DNA from: Syntrophales bacterium
GTDB taxonomy: Bacteria; Desulfobacterota; Syntrophia; Syntrophales; UBA2210
NCBI GenBank assembly: GCA_963662405.2
Contig: CAXXKT010000002.1
Coordinates: forward strand, 224,001 to 288,000
Direction: 5' to 3'
DNA length: 64,000 nt
Shown: piece by piece, positions 59,887 through 64,000 of the stretch
Layout: each line of letters begins with the position of its first letter
How positions within the stretch are numbered: the first letter of the stretch is position 1
Position numbers and translations under genes: made by a program
The notes under the pieces: generated by a model
Told to the model about the DNA's origin: nothing
The model's input: only the letters and a program-made list of their open reading frames with translations
Database searches by the model: none

Positions 59887-60135
59887 ATGGACAAACAAAC
59901 AGTAATGGCATGGCAAACAGTTGACGTTGGCTTGAAGGACCTGATGCGCAATAATGATGAACTGGAATTACCCGAACTCAGGGCCAAAACTCGGCGATTA
60001 CGGCACCTGGGCAAATTCATTGAGCGGCTGGCCAAACGGGTCGACGAGCGAATCCGAGACGGAGTGAAACCGGGTGATATTGAGGAGTTGTTCATTCAGT
60101 ACACCACAGGCCGGGATGCAATTGACGGAAATTAA
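59887..60135 (+). CDS. Hypothetical protein
   Basis: AAGGAG RBS; closely follows the previous gene. Confidence 0.7.
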   Translation: MDKQTVMAWQTVDVGLKDLMRNNDELELPELRAKTRRLRHLGKFIERLAKRVDERIRDGVKPGDIEELFIQYTTGRDAIDGN

Positions 60136-60157
60136 ACAACGAGAGGAGAAAATACAA

Positions 60158-60814
60158 ATGGACCCATTGAGATTACAAGTTTATGAAAGTTTCTTAGAGA
60201 CAAAATCAGGTGATGAAAAGCTCGATGATTTGAATGCGAATTTCGGCGCGCACGTCCGGGGCATCCTTAATCAATTCGAAGAAACCAAACAGCGGATTGA
60301 TACGAAGGCTAACTTACTCACCCCGGCAGGACGGGAAGCGGAGCTGGCAAAAGCACGGGAAAAAGTGATTGAGGCCCTGAAGGAAATCGACGCAAAGGGT
60401 TCCTTTTCACCGGACATAAAAGAGATCAATAAAAAGTTTGATGTTGATGGAAATGCAACCGACATTCAAACGCTGATTACAGAAGGCCGCCAGCGCGAGA
60501 CAAGGGAATACTTGCGCTCCCTAAATGCGAAATCCGACTTGAAAGAAATGGAGATGATCAAGTTGAAGATTGCCGACGGGGATCCAACCATCGTGGGAGC
60601 GATAGCGAACGCACCTTACAAGGTAATGGATATTGACCCTGCAATACTGGAGGTCGGGATCGAGAAAATGCGATTACGCACAAACCCGCAGGCGGCGCAG
60701 CGGCTCGAGGTATTGACCACGGCACAAGATGTTCACGAAAACCTTATAACTTTCGCACGACAGGAAATCGGTGCAATTCCTGATGCGGAAAGCTCTTATT
60801 CCGTGAACGTCTGA
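60158..60814 (+). CDS. Hypothetical alpha-helical/coiled-coil protein (218 aa)
   Basis: AGGAG RBS before ATG 60158; charged helical composition. Confidence 0.75.
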   Translation: MDPLRLQVYESFLETKSGDEKLDDLNANFGAHVRGILNQFEETKQRIDTKANLLTPAGREAELAKAREKVIEALKEIDAKGSFSPDIKEINKKFDVDGNATDIQTLITEGRQRETREYLRSLNAKSDLKEMEMIKLKIADGDPTIVGAIANAPYKVMDIDPAILEVGIEKMRLRTNPQAAQRLEVLTTAQDVHENLITFARQEIGAIPDAESSYSVNV

Positions 60815-60824
60815 GCAAAGACAA

Positions 60825-60955
60825 GGCCGGGTCATCCGCTCCCCGGTCGCAAGGGTGTGCGGCTACAATCCCCGCATACCCGACATGGTGAGGGGTCAAC
60901 CGCTTTCCCCTCGCTCCGGGAGTCGGGGCAGGCTTCGGAAACTGTCCCGATTCCC
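60825..60955 (+). ncRNA. Candidate structured RNA: four consecutive hairpins
   Basis: Stems of 7, 10, 9 and 14 bp with 6 G-U pairs and no A-C mismatches; loops 1 and 3 are nearly identical. Confidence 0.6.
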
Positions 60956-60964
60956 TTATAATGA

Positions 60965-61005
60965 CCCCCGTGAGTAGGTGTTTTTCATTCTGTAAGGCGT
61001 TTAAA
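60965..61005 (+). repeat. Direct repeat copy 1
   Basis: 35/41 identical to 62741-62781, including TTCTGTAAGGCGTTTAAA exactly. Confidence 0.85.
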
Positions 61006-61052
61006 TCGAAAAGAGGTATAAAGGGTAGGGGAGAAAAGCAAAGGCTTTATTT

Positions 61053-61082
61053 TTGAAAAAAAGAGGTGTTCAGAAGTATAAT
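61053..61082 (+). promoter_or_regulatory. sigma70 promoter for the polymerase-like gene
   Basis: TTGAAA-18 nt-TATAAT. Confidence 0.65.
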
Positions 61083-61086
61083 AGAA

Positions 61087-61155
61087 TATCGGGGATAGGC
61101 AACAGCTGGCCGAATCGGAACAGGGAGTCCTCGCTTCTTGTTTCTTTCCCCGATA
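61087..61155 (+). promoter_or_regulatory. 5' leader stem-loop
   Basis: TATCGGGGA/TCCCCGATA perfect 9-bp stem, extendable to ~17 bp, starting at the predicted TSS. Confidence 0.55.
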
Positions 61156-61191
61156 ATTATATAAATCAAAATCGAGGGAGACGAGGACAAG

Positions 61192-62448
61192 ATGAAACGA
61201 AGGATTCCAAGGGGAGCCATCATCGCCATCGTGCGGAGAGATATTGAGCTTGAGAAACAAACTCCCGCGTGGTTACAGGAGGCGGTGGCATTCGATCATT
61301 CCCTGCGGTTGCTGCCGGATGAACTTCCTATTGCTCACAAATTGCTTTCGACATTACTGGAGGGCCAGCCGGGATATAAGCTCGATCAAAAGAAGTTCGA
61401 CGCAGAAGTCCTTATTTCAAATTTGCTTGATCACAAAAACAAACCCACGTCGATTTCCTTTGATTCCGGCTATTGGACGAAAAGCAGGTATAAACAAACG
61501 AGCGCTTACGTCTTAAAATTGGTGAATGAAATGCAAGAACAAGGAATGATCGAACTGCGGAAGGGTTATTTCACCACGGAAGAGAGCCGTCGAACACGGA
61601 TCTGGGCGACTGAAACACTCTTGGATTACTTTCCAAAACTTTCACCCCATGTTTTCAGGGAACCTGTTGAACTGGTTGAGCTGAGGGATGCAAAAGGGAA
61701 GCTCAAGGAGTATCGGGACACCGGGGAAACGCATCGTATCCGGGCGGTGTTGGAGCGGGTCAATGAGGTCAATGCAGAGGCACACATTCAATATCGAAAG
61801 TTCAGACTGGTTGCACACCTCCATGCAATTTTCAAAGAACGGTTCACCATGTACGGACGCCTTCACACAAGGGGTTATCGACACTATCAGGGCTTTGATG
61901 AAGATGAGCGAGCGGAAATTACTATCAATGGGGAACCTGTCACTGAACTTGATTTCAGTGGATTACACCCGCGCTTGCTCTATGCAAAAGAAGGAATCCA
62001 GTTTGATGAAGATCCATATTCCCTTGTCAACGAAAACCCGATTGCAAGGCCATTTTTAAAGCACGTACTTCTTTTTCTGCTCAATTCCACAGACGAAGTT
62101 TCCGCAGAGGCGGCGGCGAATTACTGGCTATTCCGAAACCCCGGCGAGCGTGGGAGATTACAGGAAATCGGTATTACACGAGCGCGACCCATTATCGACG
62201 CTTTCAAAGAAGCACACGCACTCATATCACATCATTTTTGCACCGGCAAAAGGACAGGACTTCGCATAATGAATCTTGATGCCAAAATTGCGTTGGATGT
62301 GGTTCATCATTTTGCGGAACAGAATATCCCGATACTGGCTGTGCACGATAGCTTTCTTGTTCAAAGCCGGTTTGAGAACCAACTGAGAAAAGTTATGAAT
62401 GATTCTTATTGCAAACATACCAAGGGTTTTCATTGTCCGATCAAGTAA
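61192..62448 (+). CDS. Compact superfamily-A (Pol I/T7 RNAP-like) polymerase-domain protein
   Basis: GRLH, motif A ELDFSGLHPRLL, motif B RPFLK and motif C VHDSF; wHTH-like N-terminal segment; GAGG RBS. Confidence 0.72.
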   Translation: MKRRIPRGAIIAIVRRDIELEKQTPAWLQEAVAFDHSLRLLPDELPIAHKLLSTLLEGQPGYKLDQKKFDAEVLISNLLDHKNKPTSISFDSGYWTKSRYKQTSAYVLKLVNEMQEQGMIELRKGYFTTEESRRTRIWATETLLDYFPKLSPHVFREPVELVELRDAKGKLKEYRDTGETHRIRAVLERVNEVNAEAHIQYRKFRLVAHLHAIFKERFTMYGRLHTRGYRHYQGFDEDERAEITINGEPVTELDFSGLHPRLLYAKEGIQFDEDPYSLVNENPIARPFLKHVLLFLLNSTDEVSAEAAANYWLFRNPGERGRLQEIGITRARPIIDAFKEAHALISHHFCTGKRTGLRIMNLDAKIALDVVHHFAEQNIPILAVHDSFLVQSRFENQLRKVMNDSYCKHTKGFHCPIK

Positions 62449-62510
62449 TAATAATTTTATGGACTTTTTTTAATAAAATTAAATTGTTACCCTCAATTCC
62501 TATAAGTTAA

Positions 62511-62596
62511 AATGAAATACAATAGGAAAGCAAGGATAAAATACAAGAATAGGATAGAATACAAGGATAGGAAAGGGTAAAGAATAGAAAGGGAAG
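62511..62596 (+). repeat. Purine-rich degenerate repeat tract
   Basis: 71/86 purines; AATACAA x3, CAAGGATA x2, ATAGGAAAG x2. Confidence 0.75.
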
Positions 62597-62740
62597 TTTC
62601 AATAGGTTCATTTTTGTCTAAAAAAATTACCCTCCCACTTCTTCGTTGAAAGACCATCCTTCCATCTCCTGAAGAATAGGGGGTTGCACCCCTCCAATAG
62701 CAAAACCCCTCCCGTCCCGGTCACGTAAGCGGCATAACAC

Positions 62741-62781
62741 CCCCCGTGAATCGGGGTATTGCGTTCTGTAAGGCGTTTAAA
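62741..62781 (+). repeat. Direct repeat copy 2
   Basis: See copy 1; both copies are followed 9-10 nt later by GGTATAA. Confidence 0.85.
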
Positions 62782-62986
62782 AGGGCAGGTTGGTATAATC
62801 CTATACCTTGGATATCCAAATCGGTTTAAGACGGCGAAAACGCAGGGAAAGGACACCATCCAAATCAGAACAAATCAGCATTTAATATATGGTTGTAAAA
62901 ATATGGTAGGAAAACAAAACATGAACATATCTTCCTGAAAGCGGTAAAAACCCGAGTGAAGAAATAATAATGGTTTCTTTCAGTAA

Positions 62987-63113
62987 TCATTACGGATTGT
63001 TCACCCGCCGGGAACCCAATGTTGACTTGCTTTTAAGAAACGTTGAAAGCTGAAGGCCCTATGTAAAAAGGCCGCCCCGGGTTCCCGGTCGAGTGTGAAA
63101 CAAATTGTTATAC
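62987..63113 (-). mobile_element. Integron attC site (long, degenerate R')
   Basis: R'' GTATAAC overlaps the HNH stop codon; arms TTCACACTCGACCGGGAACCC / GGGTTCCCGGCGGGTGAA with bulged bases; R' GTAATGA. Confidence 0.7.
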
Positions 63114-63794
63114 CAAGTTTTTGCATATTATTTCATTGTGGTAACTGACATATTCAGGAAGCACAGACCTGAAAAGGTCTTCATCAATTTTGACTGCGCC
63201 GTAATCAAATTTCACATGGCAATTCGGACACAAACATACAATATTTCCTAAATGGTCAGGCCCGTTGTGTGGAGACCCAAGGGGCTTTACATGGTGAGCC
63301 TCAGCGTACGGATTGTTATCAGGTAACATAATCCGGCTCCCACAAAGCTGGCACTTGTAATCATTGTCTGCTTTTACACGTCTCGCTAAAGCTGTATCTC
63401 TTAAAACACGATAAGTTGAAACAAGGTGACGTTCAATTAATTCAGGTTCATTATAATCTGATGCGATTGGAGTCGCCTGTTTTGATGTAAAAAACTGATT
63501 GACTCTGTCTTCTTCACGCTGTCTATAGCATGATTTTAAAATCCAGTTTTCTAATTCCTTTGAATTATCATTGATCCACACACTGATCATCCGATCAATT
63601 TCGTTCGAACTTAATGTGTATGGAGTATTTTTCCCAACAAGATGGGCATAAACGGTACGATAATCCACACCACGAGAAGCAACATGAGAAACCGCTTTTC
63701 TTCTCCAAAAACTTGCAGATCTATTTGGATTCTGTTTTGAAAAATCGCTAATAAGATCTAATACCTCTAAAATGTCCGCAATTCTTTGACTCAT
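63108..63794 (-). CDS. HNH endonuclease (gene cassette)
   Basis: CQLC..EAHHVKPLG..GPD..NIVCLCPNCH motifs; low GC. Confidence 0.9.
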   Translation of the reverse strand: MSQRIADILEVLDLISDFSKQNPNRSASFWRRKAVSHVASRGVDYRTVYAHLVGKNTPYTLSSNEIDRMISVWINDNSKELENWILKSCYRQREEDRVNQFFTSKQATPIASDYNEPELIERHLVSTYRVLRDTALARRVKADNDYKCQLCGSRIMLPDNNPYAEAHHVKPLGSPHNGPDHLGNIVCLCPNCHVKFDYGAVKIDEDLFRSVLPEYVSYHNEIICKNLV

Positions 63795-63812
63795 GTCCTA
63801 TGACCTTTGGTG

Positions 63813-63868
63813 GTATAATGCGGCGGATGACCTGCCCCGCAGGGGACAAGTCCATCCGCTGGTTCGGG
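63813..63868 (-). mobile_element. Integron attC site (56 bp)
   Basis: Minus strand CCCGAAC-ca-GCGGATG(G)ACTTGTCCC-ctgc-GGGGCAGGTCATCCGC-cgc-ATTATAC, with one extrahelical base in L''. Confidence 0.72.
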
Positions 63869-64000
63869 AGGCGCTGCGCGCCGAGCGAACCAGCTCAGGG
63901 CAGCCGCCGCATGTTCAGGGGGTGTGGAGCGGTCTTATCGCGGAGCGCCCCCTGAACAGTGTTTATATTGTTTCTGTATAAAAACCAAACATAGCTGAAA

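Larger units (their letters stand above)
59133..64000. mobile_element. Integrated genomic island / satellite-like element (left part only)
   Basis: Abrupt yjbQ truncation, visibly lower GC, unknown ORFs, polymerase-like gene and an integron cassette. No integrase inside the window. Confidence 0.8.

Noticed and set aside
61192..62448. Reverse transcriptase (retron/DGR/group II intron)
   Set aside because: No YxDD or RT domain motifs; the motif order matches superfamily A instead.
62511..62596. CRISPR array
   Set aside because: Units are short and irregular with no unique spacers; no cas genes in the window.
63895..63958. Group II intron domain V/VI
   Set aside because: Only superficial similarity (CAGCCGCCGCATG); the canonical DV 34-nt stem cannot be formed.

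Overview
GC-rich bacterial chromosome segment whose gene content and protein style suggest a deltaproteobacterium (Syntrophales/Desulfobacterota-like; this is an inference). Positions 1 to about 59130 are mostly core genome. They contain miaA (partial), a MATE pump, a lytic transglycosylase, and a cobamide-salvage locus (two tandem cobalamin riboswitches, btuB, a signal-peptide-bearing BtuF-CbiZ fusion, cbiB, cobD, plus a degenerate paralog scar). Next come mnmA-mtaB-rnc-radical SAM-era-der, a LIV transporter whose two substrate-binding genes are both frameshifted, aspartate aminotransferase-coaD-rsmD-asd, psd-pssA with an exact 391-bp tandem duplication, and the rpsB-tsf-pyrH-frr-uppS-cdsA-dxr-rseP-tsaB cluster. 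These are followed by a purine permease paired with an unknown PNP-fold-like protein, secA-argJ, a two-subunit pyruvate carboxylase, pcm-yqaA-nlpD and other genes. At about 59133 an AT-richer island interrupts yjbQ and runs off the window end. It carries four small unknown genes, a four-hairpin structured element (6 G-U wobbles, no A-C mismatches), a promoter and leader stem, and a compact 418-aa protein with superfamily-A (Pol I/T7 RNAP) catalytic motifs but no recognisable exonuclease domain. That gene is bracketed by ~41-bp direct repeats and followed by a purine-rich repeat tract. An HNH nuclease sits further on as an integron cassette between two attC sites. The polymerase module is the best candidate for an undescribed system.
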